A stretch of DNA of 64,000 nucleotides from an uncultured Bacilli bacterium. GTDB lineage: Bacteria > Bacillota_I > Bacilli_A > RF39 > UBA660. Positions 18,797 to 29,509 of this stretch are shown here, piece by piece (within the stretch, counting starts at the first letter, position 1; each line of letters starts with the position of its first letter). Location of the stretch: NCBI GenBank assembly GCA_934090795.1, contig CAKOJQ010000004.1:349-64348 (forward strand). Reading direction: 5' to 3'. Made by a program: the position numbers and the translations under genes. Below the pieces are notes generated by a model. The model did not search any database. It had not been told where the DNA came from and saw only the letters and a program-made list of their open reading frames with translations.

Positions 18797-21731
18797 TTGG
18801 TTTGTGAGTTAATACTTTTCCTCTTGATGCAAGATTTTTTCGTTTGTAATTTAAGTTAAATTCAATATCACCTGAGAATTCATCTATGTTAGTCATTGTG
18901 ATATTTACTTCATTTCCAATTTTATATGTTTCACCAGTGTAACGGCCTCTTAAGAAACGTTTTTTAGATTTAGATATAAGATCAAAAGTGTCTCCATTTA
19001 TGTTATTAAAGTAAATAATTCCCTCTATTCCATCTTCAGTTTTAACTACTAAGTTATCGCCGAATATCATTTGAATAGTAGCGTTGTAATTTGTTCCAAT
19101 TTTGTCTTTTAAGGAGTTTAAAAGATATAATTTATTTGATTTACTTTCTGCTTGACCATATAGTCTTTCTTTACGAGTTGCTTCTCTAGCTATGTCATCA
19201 ATTTCCATTTTCATTAAAGCGTATTCTCTTTTAGGAATATCTGCTTCATATTTTACAGGTTTATAATTTTCTCTTATTACTAATTCATCTGTATTATATA
19301 GTTCAAATAAGTCATCGATTATCATGTGAACTATAAAGTCAGCTATTCTTCTAATTGGACTTGTAAAATGAGTATAAATTTGTAAATCTAATGCCCAGTG
19401 TATTCCTTCTGTTGATGTATATTTGGCACGTTTAAATGTTTGAAGAATTAAATTACAAATAAGATCTAATTGTGTATTATTAAATTTTTGAGCTTCTTTT
19501 ATAATTTTTTTGGCTATTCTTGGATTTGTTTCAATTTCTTTTTTATCAATATGAATTCCTAAATCTTTTAAAATATTAATTAATTCATAAATTTTTCTTT
19601 TATTACTTTCTTCATGAACTCGGTATATGCCTGGAAATGGTGAATTTTTTAGAAGTGTTCCAATTTCAGTATTAGCAAGTATCATGAAAATTTCAATCAT
19701 TTTTTGGGCTGGGCCACGTTCTTCTTCTGCTAGCTCAACATTATTATTACTATCTAGACTCACTTCATGTTTAATTGCATTAAGTTCAATTAATCCTTCT
19801 TTTTCTTTTTTATCCCAAATTTTATCAGATATTTTTTTCATAGGAAGAATATCTTTTACAAATGTTTCATATCCTTCTGGTACTATTTGGTTTTCAAGAA
19901 TACTATTAACATCGTCATACGTCATTTTCTTTTTAGAATTAATAACTGATTTGCAAATTTTAGAATTAACTATTTCGCCATTTTGATCTATTTCAATAAT
20001 TACACTTTTAGTTAATCTATCAACACCTTCATTTAATGAACAAATTCCGTTTGCTAGTTTAGGATGAAACATATGAATAGCAGTATTTAATAAATACATT
20101 GTAAAACATCTATTAATTGCTTCTTTATAAATTGCTGTGTCTTTTTTTACGTAATGATTAGGTTCGGCAATACTGACAGTTAGTTGATAATTTCCATTAG
20201 GAAGAATTTCAATCCCAACGGCATCATCCATATCCTTTGTAGATATACCATCAATTGTAAAGATATTTTTATTTCTTAGGTCGTGATTTTTTCTTGTTTC
20301 AATATCGCTAACAGACACTTCATCAGGAATATTCTTTATTTCTTCATATACTTCATCGCAGTAGTCAGGATTACATTCGTGTTCAATTGCAATTAAAGCA
20401 AGGGCTGGACTTAAGTTAGTATCTGTTAATATGATTCTATCACTAACTAGATGACAGTTAAATCCATCATTTATTTTTTCTTTATCTGGTTTAACTAATA
20501 CATAATCACCATTTAGTAAATTTTTAAGTTCATTTTTATTTACTCTTAGGTTTAAAATACCTTTAACGTTATGAGGAACTAATATTTTCTTTCCTTCTTT
20601 TTCTTTTACTTCACAAAGAACGGGAGATGATGTTCTTTCAATTATTTTAATTACTTTTCCTTCTTTTGGTTTTTTCTTTGAATTTATATAATAAACTACT
20701 TCATCGTTTGGTAAGGCACCATTTATAGTTTCTTTATTTAGCATTAAATTAGTTCCATCATCAAGAGCTATGTATGGATTTCCTTTGGCACTATTTTGAA
20801 TTTTTCCAATGTGATAATCAGAAGGCATTAACTTATATATACCATCTAGTTCAAAAATAATACCTTCGTCTTCTAGAATGGAAATTAGATTATCTATTAA
20901 AATTGAACATGGGGGGGTGTTTTTATTAATAAATTTGATAAGTTCTGATTTGTCTGATTCCTTTTTGTTTTCAAAAAATTCTTTGGTTTGTGAAACTATT
21001 TCCTGTATAAAATTTTGATTAATAACTTGGTTAAATTTTAAATTAACAATTTCGTTATCATGCAAATTTATATATTCGTCATCTGTTTCATAAATTATGT
21101 TTTCATTAACTAGAATGTTAATTAAGCTATGAATTTTATTTTGAATATCGGTTAATTCAATTATTTTTAGTACGAAGTCATCTATTTCAATTGATTTAGT
21201 ATTTTTAATAAAGTTTATTAGGTTAGTGTATTCTTTAATTCCTTCTGATTTAAGTTCTTTTATTAAGTCCTTTTCTTGATTTTCTTTATATGTTATATAT
21301 AAATAGTCTTCTTTTTGAAATATAATATCATTTTCTTTTAAATATATTAAAATATTATTTATTGAATTACTAAAATTAGTATAATTTAAAATGTATGAAA
21401 ATAATTTTTGTTTAGAAATAGTTTCAATATTTAAATTCATATTAAAGTTGCTAATTAGTTCAGCTTTAATTAGACTTTCATTTTCTCTTAGTTTTGATTC
21501 TAATTCTTCTATATTAGTATATTCTTTAAATAGTTTATACTTATCATTATAAAAATAAATAATTCCATTTATTTCTAGTAAGTTAATTAAATCATTTATA
21601 TCAATGTTTAAGTTATTGGAGTTGGTTAAATATTTTTTAAGTTTATATAAAGTTACATTATTTTCAGATTTAAAGTAATATATTAAATCCTTAGCTAAAT
21701 TATTAATTAAATTCATTTTATTTTCGTACAT
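18786..21731 (-). CDS. rnr: Ribonuclease R-like exoribonuclease with extended N-terminal repeat region
   Basis: RNB catalytic motif (TIDGISTKDMDDAVG), cold-shock-like OB region, and a C-terminal S1-like domain with a basic tail. The N-terminal ~300 aa holds four similar units. Confidence 0.85.
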   Translation of the reverse strand: MYENKMNLINNLAKDLIYYFKSENNVTLYKLKKYLTNSNNLNIDINDLINLLEINGIIYFYNDKYKLFKEYTNIEELESKLRENESLIKAELISNFNMNLNIETISKQKLFSYILNYTNFSNSINNILIYLKENDIIFQKEDYLYITYKENQEKDLIKELKSEGIKEYTNLINFIKNTKSIEIDDFVLKIIELTDIQNKIHSLINILVNENIIYETDDEYINLHDNEIVNLKFNQVINQNFIQEIVSQTKEFFENKKESDKSELIKFINKNTPPCSILIDNLISILEDEGIIFELDGIYKLMPSDYHIGKIQNSAKGNPYIALDDGTNLMLNKETINGALPNDEVVYYINSKKKPKEGKVIKIIERTSSPVLCEVKEKEGKKILVPHNVKGILNLRVNKNELKNLLNGDYVLVKPDKEKINDGFNCHLVSDRIILTDTNLSPALALIAIEHECNPDYCDEVYEEIKNIPDEVSVSDIETRKNHDLRNKNIFTIDGISTKDMDDAVGIEILPNGNYQLTVSIAEPNHYVKKDTAIYKEAINRCFTMYLLNTAIHMFHPKLANGICSLNEGVDRLTKSVIIEIDQNGEIVNSKICKSVINSKKKMTYDDVNSILENQIVPEGYETFVKDILPMKKISDKIWDKKEKEGLIELNAIKHEVSLDSNNNVELAEEERGPAQKMIEIFMILANTEIGTLLKNSPFPGIYRVHEESNKRKIYELINILKDLGIHIDKKEIETNPRIAKKIIKEAQKFNNTQLDLICNLILQTFKRAKYTSTEGIHWALDLQIYTHFTSPIRRIADFIVHMIIDDLFELYNTDELVIRENYKPVKYEADIPKREYALMKMEIDDIAREATRKERLYGQAESKSNKLYLLNSLKDKIGTNYNATIQMIFGDNLVVKTEDGIEGIIYFNNINGDTFDLISKSKKRFLRGRYTGETYKIGNEVNITMTNIDEFSGDIEFNLNYKRKNLASRGKVLTHKPNKK

Positions 21732-21863
21732 TATTTACCACCCTTTACAATTATTAAAACACAATATATTTGTTATGTAAATTAAAAATCTTAAAAAAAA
21801 TTAATTTGATTTTTTTGAGTTAATTTGCTAGAATTTAATTAGAAAGATATTAACAGGTGTTAT

Positions 21864-22835
21864 ATGAAAAGTATAGGAGATAATTTAAAATTATTTAGAT
21901 TAAGATGTAATTTATCATTAACTGAGGCTGGTAGTAAAGTTGGATTGTCTGCTCCGGGATTATTAAAGTATGAAAGAAATAAAGTCAATCATTCTTTAGA
22001 TAAATTAAATAAGCTTGCTGATGTGTATGGGGTTAGTTTGGATGATATTTTAAAAGTAGATAATTCTTCTCAAATTAAATTTACTAATTTGAAGTTAGCT
22101 GTTGGGACAAGCGATGCTAAAAGTGATAAGATAAAGTCATTAATTCAAAGTAAGGTTGATAATTATTTTGAGTTACTTGATAAATCTAATATAAAGTTAG
22201 TTAATAAATTTGGGGTACATATTATTAATACTGTTAATGAGGCAGAAAGTTTAGCTACTAAATTAAGAATATTTTTTCAACTTCCTATTAATGATCCAAT
22301 TTATAATTTGATTTATTTACTTGAAGAACATGATATTGTTGTTATGACTTTAGATAAAGATAGTGTTACTTCTGGTTTTGTGGGATTTTATGAAACTATT
22401 AATAATGTTCCGGTTATAATTGTTCCAAAGGAAAATAATGGTTATTCACAAAGATTTAATGTTGCAAAGTTTTTAGGAGAGTTATTAATTATTTCTAATG
22501 AGAAGGATAAATCTAAATTAACTGATGTTTTTGCTTTATCTCTTTTAATTCCAGCTAAAGCTTTAATTCGTGAGTTTGGTGAATCTAGAAAGAAAATTAG
22601 TTTTGAGGAAATTGATATTTTTAGTAAAGTTTATAGGGTAAGTTATAAACATATTATTAAAAGATTAGAAAGTACTGGAATTATAACAAGTAGTAATGCG
22701 AAATATTTAAATGTTTATCTTAATAAAGATAATAAACAAGAACAAACATATATGGAAGAGGCTTTAAATTATGATAAAATGCTTTATAAGTTAAATGCTT
22801 TGGACATAATTAATGATGTTGAAGGCTATTTATAG
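21864..22835 (+). CDS. XRE-family HTH regulator with ImmA/IrrE (M78)-like domain lacking the HExxH site
   Basis: N-terminal HTH (LRCNLSLTEAGSKVGLSAPGLLKYERNK). The central region follows the M78 pattern, but the metal site reads KFLGE (SQRFNVAKFLGELLI). Confidence 0.6.
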   Translation: MKSIGDNLKLFRLRCNLSLTEAGSKVGLSAPGLLKYERNKVNHSLDKLNKLADVYGVSLDDILKVDNSSQIKFTNLKLAVGTSDAKSDKIKSLIQSKVDNYFELLDKSNIKLVNKFGVHIINTVNEAESLATKLRIFFQLPINDPIYNLIYLLEEHDIVVMTLDKDSVTSGFVGFYETINNVPVIIVPKENNGYSQRFNVAKFLGELLIISNEKDKSKLTDVFALSLLIPAKALIREFGESRKKISFEEIDIFSKVYRVSYKHIIKRLESTGIITSSNAKYLNVYLNKDNKQEQTYMEEALNYDKMLYKLNALDIINDVEGYL

Positions 22836-22887
22836 TCTTTTTTTGGATGGAAATTTTGGTAAATCCGGAAAATAGAACTTTTTTGGC

Positions 22888-22916
22888 TTGACTTTTAATT
22901 AGGGATTTCATATAAT
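22888..22916 (+). promoter_or_regulatory. Consensus SigA promoter for rplM-rpsI
   Basis: TTGACT, 17 nt, TATAAT, followed by an ~80-nt leader before rplM. Confidence 0.6.
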
Positions 22917-22998
22917 TCATATTGGTACATTTTTATTGGTTACTGATTTTTATGTGGGTGATAATTAAAGTAATTGATAAAGGAAGGAATTAAGAAAT

Positions 22999-23430
22999 AT
23001 GAAAACATTTATGCAAACAAAAGAAACTGTTGACCGTAAGTGGTATGTTATTGATGCTGCTGGTAAACCTTTAGGTAGAGTTGCTACTAAAGCTGCTCAT
23101 ATCTTAAGAGGAAAGAATAAACCTACTTTTACTCCTCATATTGATTGTGGAGACTATGTTATCATTATTAATGCTGGAGAGGTTAAATTAACTGGTAATA
23201 AATTAAATGATAAGATGTATTACAATCATTCTGGATTCCCAGGAGGACTTAGAGAAAGAAACGCTAAGACTATGATTGAAAAATATCCAGTTGAAATGGT
23301 AGAAAGAGCTGTTAAGGGTATGCTTCCTAATGGACCATTAGGTAGAGATATGTACCGTAAGTTATTTGTGTATGCTGGTAGTGAACATAATCATGCTGCT
23401 CAAAAACCTACAACTATAACTATTGATTAG
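22999..23430 (+). CDS. rplM: 50S ribosomal protein L13
   Basis: Full-length L13 pattern ([18 protein letters not shown]). Confidence 0.97.
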   Translation: MKTFMQTKETVDRKWYVIDAAGKPLGRVATKAAHILRGKNKPTFTPHIDCGDYVIIINAGEVKLTGNKLNDKMYYNHSGFPGGLRERNAKTMIEKYPVEMVERAVKGMLPNGPLGRDMYRKLFVYAGSEHNHAAQKPTTITID

Positions 23431-23438
23431 GAGGATTA

Positions 23439-23852
23439 ATGATGAAAGAAATTACTGCTACAGGTAGAAGAAAAAGATCAGTTGCTCAAATTAGAATGAC
23501 TGCTGGTAAAGGTATAATTACTGTTAATGGAAAAGACATTAATGAATATATGCCTTATGGAACTTTAGTTCTTGATGTAAAACAACCTTTAGTTTTAACT
23601 AATAATGAAAATACTTTTGATATTGCTGTTAAAGTTAATGGTGGTGGATTCTCTGGACAAGCTGGTGCAATTAGACTTGCTATTGCTAAAGCATTAAAAG
23701 AATATGATAAGGATTCTGATCAAACAAGAGATGATGCTTATAATAAAGTATTAAGAGCTAATGGATTCTTAACTCGTGATCCAAGAGTTAAAGAACGTAA
23801 AAAATATGGTCTTAAAAAGGCTAGAAGAGCACCACAATTTAGCAAACGATAG
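23439..23852 (+). CDS. rpsI: 30S ribosomal protein S9
   Basis: GRRK..VA start, [11 protein letters not shown], and a C-terminal [26 protein letters not shown]. The start may be the second ATG at 23442. Confidence 0.97.
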   Translation: MMKEITATGRRKRSVAQIRMTAGKGIITVNGKDINEYMPYGTLVLDVKQPLVLTNNENTFDIAVKVNGGGFSGQAGAIRLAIAKALKEYDKDSDQTRDDAYNKVLRANGFLTRDPRVKERKKYGLKKARRAPQFSKR

Positions 23853-23869
23853 GAAATATGTTTCTTTTA

Positions 23870-23901
23870 AACCTTATAAACTTAGTGTTTATGAGGTTTT
23901 T
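23870..23901 (+). terminator. Rho-independent terminator after rpsI
   Basis: 12-bp stem AACCTTATAAAC/GTTTATGAGGTT (one G-U pair), 5-nt loop, T-run. Confidence 0.65.
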
Positions 23902-23949
23902 GTTTGATTAAATTTAATAAAAATAAAAAAGATATTTTGCTAATATCTT

Positions 23950-24189
23950 TTAGTCTTCTATATTATTAAAGTCAAATAATTCATTATTAAAGAATTCTTC
24001 TAAAGAAATATTTAAGGCTTTACATATTTGATATATTACATAAGAACTTGGATTATTAATATGACAATTAATTAAATCTCTTAATGTTGAAGATGGAACT
24101 GTTGACATCTCAGATAATCTATTTGGTGTAATATCTCTTTCTTCACATATTCCTATTACTCTTTTGCTTACAGCTTCTTTAAATTTCAT
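23950..24189 (-). CDS. Small XRE-family HTH protein
   Basis: 79 aa. HTH_3-like core (RDITPNRLSEMSTVPSSTLRDLIN). Confidence 0.7.
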   Translation of the reverse strand: MKFKEAVSKRVIGICEERDITPNRLSEMSTVPSSTLRDLINCHINNPSSYVIYQICKALNISLEEFFNNELFDFNNIED

Positions 24190-24332
24190 TTTTTCGTTTC
24201 TCCTTACTTCTTTATTTGTATTTTACTTAATTTAGGCCTTAATTATGCACGGATAACCGTTTTTGTAACAATTTATTAGTGCTTTACAAATTTTGGTATT
24301 TAAGATAAACTACATATTGAATTGGAGGCGTT

Positions 24333-25658
24333 ATGGAAGAGGTTATTAATTATATAAAAAATTTAAATATTAATTCTAAAGTAGTACTTGCTTGTTCATA
24401 TGGCCCTGATTCAATGTGCTTATTGGATATTTTGAAAAAGTTAGATATTAATGTGATAGTTGCTCATGTAAACCACAAGTTAAGAAGTGAATCTGATTTG
24501 GAATATGAATTATTAGAAAAATATTGTAATGAGAATAATTTAATTTTTGAAGGGTATGTTATTGATGATTATCCTAAAGGCAATATTGAGAATATTGCTA
24601 GAATTAAAAGATATAATTTTTTTGAGAAAATTGTAAGAAAATATGATGCTAATTATTTATTTACAGCACATCATGGTGATGATTTAGTTGAGACTGTACT
24701 TATGAGAATTAGTAGAGGTTCTTCTTTTAAAGGGTATGCTGGATTTAATGTTTTTACTAAAACTGATAAATATAATTTAGTTAGACCTTTAATATTTGTT
24801 ACTAAAAATGATATTGAAAAATATAATAAAATGAATAATATTCCTTATGCAATTGATAAAACTAATTTAGAACTTGTTCATACAAGAAATATTTATAGAC
24901 ATAAGATTCTTCCTGAGTTTAAAGAGATTAATCCAAAAATTCATAAAAAATTCATAAAGTTTAGTAATAATATAATTGATTATTATAATTATGTTGATGA
25001 GGAGGTAATTGGTTATAAGAGTGTACTTTATGATGAAAAGAAATATTTAGATATAAATGAGGTAATTAATTTACCTGAGTTTATAGTTAAATTATTAGTA
25101 CAAAAAATATTGTTCGAAATATATAATGACGATATAAGCAGAATAAATGATAAACATGTTAGATTAGTTATGGATCTAATTTATAGTGGTAAAGCTAATA
25201 AAGTGATAAATTTGCCGGAAAATAAGGAAGTTTATAAGTTTTATAATAAAATTGAAATTAGAGATAAAGAAAATATTAATAATTATGATTATGAATTAAA
25301 TAATGAAATTAATTTAGAATTAGGGAAATTATTTAAAGTGGATTTTACTGATATAGTTAAGAGTAATTATCTTATTAGGCTTAATTTTAAAGATATTAAG
25401 CTTCCTATACATGTTAGAAATAGGACTAATGGAGATAAAATGGAACTTAAAAATGGAACTAAAAAAGTAGGTGAAATTTTAAGTGAGGCAAAGATTAATA
25501 GGCTTGATAGGGACAGATATCCAATTGTGTGTGATGATAATAATAAAATTTTGTGGATACCTGGTGTTAAAAAGAGTAAATTTGATAGGCAAATTAATGA
25601 AGATTATGATATAATAATCAAGTATATAAAAAAGGAGAGTATTAATGAAAAAAAATAA
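24333..25658 (+). CDS. tilS: tRNA(Ile)-lysidine synthase
   Basis: N-terminal PP-loop variant (ACSYGPDSMCL), HHGDD motif and TilS C-terminal domain. Immediately upstream of ftsH. Confidence 0.85.
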   Translation: MEEVINYIKNLNINSKVVLACSYGPDSMCLLDILKKLDINVIVAHVNHKLRSESDLEYELLEKYCNENNLIFEGYVIDDYPKGNIENIARIKRYNFFEKIVRKYDANYLFTAHHGDDLVETVLMRISRGSSFKGYAGFNVFTKTDKYNLVRPLIFVTKNDIEKYNKMNNIPYAIDKTNLELVHTRNIYRHKILPEFKEINPKIHKKFIKFSNNIIDYYNYVDEEVIGYKSVLYDEKKYLDINEVINLPEFIVKLLVQKILFEIYNDDISRINDKHVRLVMDLIYSGKANKVINLPENKEVYKFYNKIEIRDKENINNYDYELNNEINLELGKLFKVDFTDIVKSNYLIRLNFKDIKLPIHVRNRTNGDKMELKNGTKKVGEILSEAKINRLDRDRYPIVCDDNNKILWIPGVKKSKFDRQINEDYDIIIKYIKKESINEKK

Positions 25659-27558
25659 TAATTATGTTAAACAAAGTATGCCATATTTTGTATTGTTATT
25701 AATAATTGTTGGAATTATGTCATTCTATGAATTATCACAATATAAAGTTAATGTGTTTACTTATGATCAATTTATTTCTGAATTAGATAAAAAGGATGTT
25801 AAAGATTTAGAAATAACTGCTAAGAGTGGAGCGGGTGTGTATTATATTACTGGTTCGCTTAAAGAATATGGTAGTAAAGAATCATTTAAGGTTAATGCAC
25901 CATTATCAGATGCTGTTGTTAATAAAGTTATGGAGTATGTTGAGAGTGATGGTATTACTCTTATTACTGGTGAAAATCCGGAAAATAATAATGTTCTTGC
26001 TGTTATTTTAAATGTTGTTCCAACTATTATGTTAATTGGAGCTATGTTATGGTTATTTTCTAAATTAGGAAAATCTAATAATAATAGTATGGATTTTGGT
26101 AGAAGTAAGGCTAAATTAAGTGAAGAAGCTAAAGCACATTTTAGTGATGTTGCTGGTTTAACTGAAGAAAAAGAAGAAGTTGCTGAATTAATTGATTTTT
26201 TAAAGAATCCAAAGAAATTTCAAAGAATGGGTGCTAGAATTCCTAAAGGTGTATTACTTGTAGGTCCTCCGGGAACTGGTAAAACTTTACTTGCTAAAGC
26301 TGTTGCGGGTGAGGCTAATGTGCCATTTTATTATATAAGTGGTTCTGATTTTGTAGAATTATTTGTAGGTGTAGGTGCATCTCGTGTTAGAGATATGTTT
26401 AAACAAGCTAAGCAAACAGCTCCATGTTTAATATTTATTGATGAAATAGATGCAGTTGGCCGTCAAAGAGGTACTGGTTTAGGCGGAGGTCACGATGAAA
26501 GAGAACAAACTTTAAATCAGCTATTAACTGAAATGGATGGATTTGGCGCTAATGAGGGTATTATTATCATAGCTGCTACTAATAGACCTGATGTTTTAGA
26601 TCCGGCACTTTTAAGACCAGGAAGATTTGATAGACAAGTTACTGTTAGTTTACCTGATCAAAAAGAAAGACTTGCTATATTAAAAGTTCATGCTAAAAAT
26701 AAAGTATTTGGTAATGACGTTAATTTAGAAAATATTTCTAAGAGAACACCAGGATTTAGTGGGGCAGATTTAGAAAACTTACTTAATGAGGCGGCACTTT
26801 TAGCTGTTAGAAGAAATTTACCTTCTATTGGTATGGCTGAAATAGATGAAGCATCTGATAGAGTTTTAATGGGACCTGCAAAAGTTTCTAGAAAATATAG
26901 TGAAAATGATAAAAAACTTGTTTCTTATCATGAGGCTGGACATGCTGTTATTGGACTTAAATTAGAACATGCAAATGTGGTTCAAAAAGTTACAATTATT
27001 CCAAGAGGAGCAGCTGGTGGATATAATATGATGATTCCAAGTGAAGAAAAGATTTGTTCAACTAAAACTGATTTATTAGAAGAAATTACTGGATTACTTG
27101 GTGGTAGAACTGCTGAAGAATTAGTTTTTGGTGAGGTTACTACTGGAGCACATAATGATTTTGAAAAGGCTACTAAAATTGCTAGAGCGATGGTTACTGA
27201 ATATGGTATGAGTGATTTAGGACCATTACAGTTTGAACAACAAGAAGGTAGTGTATTCTTAGGTAGAGATTATAATAAATCACATAATTTCTCTAATGAA
27301 GTTGCTAATGAGATTGATATGGAAATGCGTAAAATTATAGATGAATGTCATGCTAAAGCAACTAAAATAATTAAAGAAAATATGGATTTATTAAAACTAA
27401 TTGCAGAAAGCTTATTAGAACAAGAAACTTTAACAAAAGAGGAAATAGATTATTTAGTTGCTAATGGTCATTTACCAAAAGATGATCAAGAAGTTGTAGA
27501 AACAAAAGAGGATAAAATAACTAAAACTAAAAAGAAAAAGGACAAAACTGAAAAGTAA
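25645..27558 (+). CDS. ftsH: ATP-dependent zinc metalloprotease FtsH
   Basis: Two TM helices, AAA module ([17 protein letters not shown]) and HEAGH zinc site. 14-nt overlap with tilS. Confidence 0.97.
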   Translation: MKKNNNYVKQSMPYFVLLLIIVGIMSFYELSQYKVNVFTYDQFISELDKKDVKDLEITAKSGAGVYYITGSLKEYGSKESFKVNAPLSDAVVNKVMEYVESDGITLITGENPENNNVLAVILNVVPTIMLIGAMLWLFSKLGKSNNNSMDFGRSKAKLSEEAKAHFSDVAGLTEEKEEVAELIDFLKNPKKFQRMGARIPKGVLLVGPPGTGKTLLAKAVAGEANVPFYYISGSDFVELFVGVGASRVRDMFKQAKQTAPCLIFIDEIDAVGRQRGTGLGGGHDEREQTLNQLLTEMDGFGANEGIIIIAATNRPDVLDPALLRPGRFDRQVTVSLPDQKERLAILKVHAKNKVFGNDVNLENISKRTPGFSGADLENLLNEAALLAVRRNLPSIGMAEIDEASDRVLMGPAKVSRKYSENDKKLVSYHEAGHAVIGLKLEHANVVQKVTIIPRGAAGGYNMMIPSEEKICSTKTDLLEEITGLLGGRTAEELVFGEVTTGAHNDFEKATKIARAMVTEYGMSDLGPLQFEQQEGSVFLGRDYNKSHNFSNEVANEIDMEMRKIIDECHAKATKIIKENMDLLKLIAESLLEQETLTKEEIDYLVANGHLPKDDQEVVETKEDKITKTKKKKDKTEK

Positions 27559-27591
27559 TGTTCTTTTTTTGGTTTTAAGAACAGTTTTTTT
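27559..27591 (+). terminator. Rho-independent terminator after ftsH
   Basis: TGTTCTT/AAGAACA 7-bp stem, 11-nt loop, then G plus T7. Confidence 0.65.
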
Positions 27592-27646
27592 ACACAAGTT
27601 TGTTTATATATGATAAAATAAAAAGTGATAGAAAAAGAGTGGTAAT

Positions 27647-28432
27647 ATGACAAAAGTTATTTCATTAGTTAATCAAAAGGGTGGTGTTGGTAAAACTACT
27701 ACTAGTATTAATTTAGCTGCTTCATTAGGAAAGTTGGGCAAAAAAACATTAATTATTGATTTAGATCCGCAAGGTAATACGACTACTGGGTTAGGTGTAA
27801 ATAAGGGCGAAATTAAGGCTAGTATTTATGATGTTCTTAATGGTGATAGTCCAATTAGAAAGGCAATTAAGAAAACAAGTTTTGACTTGCTTTCTATTAT
27901 TCCAGCTACTATAAATTTAGCTGGTATTGACTATGAATTATTAGAAAAAGGACATAATGATTCTGAATTTAAAAAGAATGAACAGCTTAGAAATTCTTTA
28001 AGTGAAGTAAAAGATAATTATGATTATATTATTATTGATTGTCCTCCTTCACTTGGTGTGTTAACGACTAACGCACTTGTTGCTAGTGATTCTGTTATTA
28101 TTCCTGTACAATGTGAGTTTTTTGCGCTTGAGGGAATTAGTCAATTATTAAATACAATTATTATGACACAAACAAGGTTAAATCCAAATTTAAAAATCGA
28201 GGGTGTTCTTTTAACACTTTTAGATTCAAGAACTAATTTAGGATATGAGGTAGTTGAAGAGGTTAGAAAATATTTTAAAGATAAAACTTTTAATACTATA
28301 ATACCTAGATTAATTAGATTAGTTGAAGCACCAAGTCATGGAATGCCTATTAATGAATATGAACCTAATAGTAGGGCAGCACTCGCATATATGAATTTAG
28401 CTAAGGAGGTAATTGAAAGAGATGGAGAATAA
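27647..28432 (+). CDS. soj: Chromosome partitioning ATPase ParA/Soj
   Basis: Deviant Walker A NQKGGVGKTT and IIDCPPS. Confidence 0.9.
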   Translation: MTKVISLVNQKGGVGKTTTSINLAASLGKLGKKTLIIDLDPQGNTTTGLGVNKGEIKASIYDVLNGDSPIRKAIKKTSFDLLSIIPATINLAGIDYELLEKGHNDSEFKKNEQLRNSLSEVKDNYDYIIIDCPPSLGVLTTNALVASDSVIIPVQCEFFALEGISQLLNTIIMTQTRLNPNLKIEGVLLTLLDSRTNLGYEVVEEVRKYFKDKTFNTIIPRLIRLVEAPSHGMPINEYEPNSRAALAYMNLAKEVIERDGE

Positions 28433-29315
28433 AAGAAGAGCCTTAGGTAAGGGATTAGAGCAATTATTTGGCAGTGAAAATGTTGATATTGATGCATTTG
28501 AACAAAATATAGTTGATAATGCGAATAATAATAATGAAATTAAACAAATTAATTTATCAGAAATTAGGAGCAATCCATATCAACCTAGAACATATTTTAA
28601 TGAAGATGCTTTAAATGAACTTGCTGAGTCAATTAAAATACATGGTGTTGTTGAACCGATTATTGTTAAAAAAAGTATTAAAGGTTATGAGTTAGTTGCT
28701 GGTGAAAGAAGAACAAAAGCAAGTAGAATTGCAGGTTTGGAAACTATTCCTGCCGTTGTTAAGGATTTTACTGATCAAGAAATGATGGATATTGCTATTT
28801 TAGAAAATATTCAAAGAGAAGATTTATCTCCTTTAGAACTTGCTGAGGGGTTTAAGAAATATATTGAAACTACTGGATTGAGTCAAGATGAGGTTGCTAA
28901 AAAATTTGGTAAGAGTCGTTCTTATATTACTAATGCATTAGGACTTTTAAATTTACCTTCTCCTGTTAAGGAAAAAATCAATAATAAAGAGATAAGTGCT
29001 TCACATGCAAGAGTTTTATCTAAGTTTGATGATGAAAACGTAATTAATGAACTTGCTGATAAGGTTGCTAAGGAAAAAATTTCGGTTAGAGAATTAGAAC
29101 TTATTAGTAGTACTGATGAATCTATTCCAAAGAGAAAACCTATTACGAGACAAAGTATTAAAATAAACAAATATGGTGTTTATGAAAATGCTTTAAAGGA
29201 AAAGCTAGGATTAAGAGTTAGTGTACTAGATAGTAAGATTGTAATTCCATTTAACACAGAAGAAGATTTAAATAGAATATTTGAATTATTAAATATAGAT
29301 TTGGATGAAAATTAA
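28413..29315 (+). CDS. spo0J: Chromosome partitioning protein ParB/Spo0J
   Basis: ParB box (GERRTKASRIAG) plus HTH and a C-terminal dimerisation region. Overlaps parA. Confidence 0.9.
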   Translation: MKEMENKRRALGKGLEQLFGSENVDIDAFEQNIVDNANNNNEIKQINLSEIRSNPYQPRTYFNEDALNELAESIKIHGVVEPIIVKKSIKGYELVAGERRTKASRIAGLETIPAVVKDFTDQEMMDIAILENIQREDLSPLELAEGFKKYIETTGLSQDEVAKKFGKSRSYITNALGLLNLPSPVKEKINNKEISASHARVLSKFDDENVINELADKVAKEKISVRELELISSTDESIPKRKPITRQSIKINKYGVYENALKEKLGLRVSVLDSKIVIPFNTEEDLNRIFELLNIDLDEN

Positions 29316-29509
29316 TGAAATATAAAGTTAATGATTTAGTTATTATGAAGAAAGACCATGCTTGTGGAACAAATTTGTGGAAGATAACAAGAACGGGTGT
29401 GGATATAAAAATTAAATGTGTTAATTGTAATCATGAGATAATGATGGATAGACTGGAGTTTGAAAAAAAATTAAGGAGAATTATTAATGAAGAGGATAAA
29501 AAAGATTAA
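29315..29509 (+). CDS. DUF951-like small protein
   Basis: 64 aa with a CG...C..C zinc-ribbon-like pattern, in the conserved position downstream of parB. Confidence 0.6.
   Translation: MKYKVNDLVIMKKDHACGTNLWKITRTGVDIKIKCVNCNHEIMMDRLEFEKKLRRIINEEDKKD

Noticed and set aside
23950-24189. The lone small XRE gene could be half of a toxin-antitoxin pair.
   Set aside because: There is no adjacent small partner ORF on either side. The neighbours are the rpsI terminator and the tilS promoter region.
24333-27558. tilS is followed directly by ftsH, without the hypoxanthine phosphoribosyltransferase gene that often sits between them in Bacillota.
   Set aside because: Gene-order variation of this kind is common. 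There is nothing in the sequence to suggest a recent deletion or scar.
27559-29315. Looked for a parS site (TGTTNCACGTGAAACA-type palindrome) around and within parA/parB.
   Set aside because: No convincing 16-bp palindrome of this type was seen by eye. It cannot be excluded without a pattern scan.
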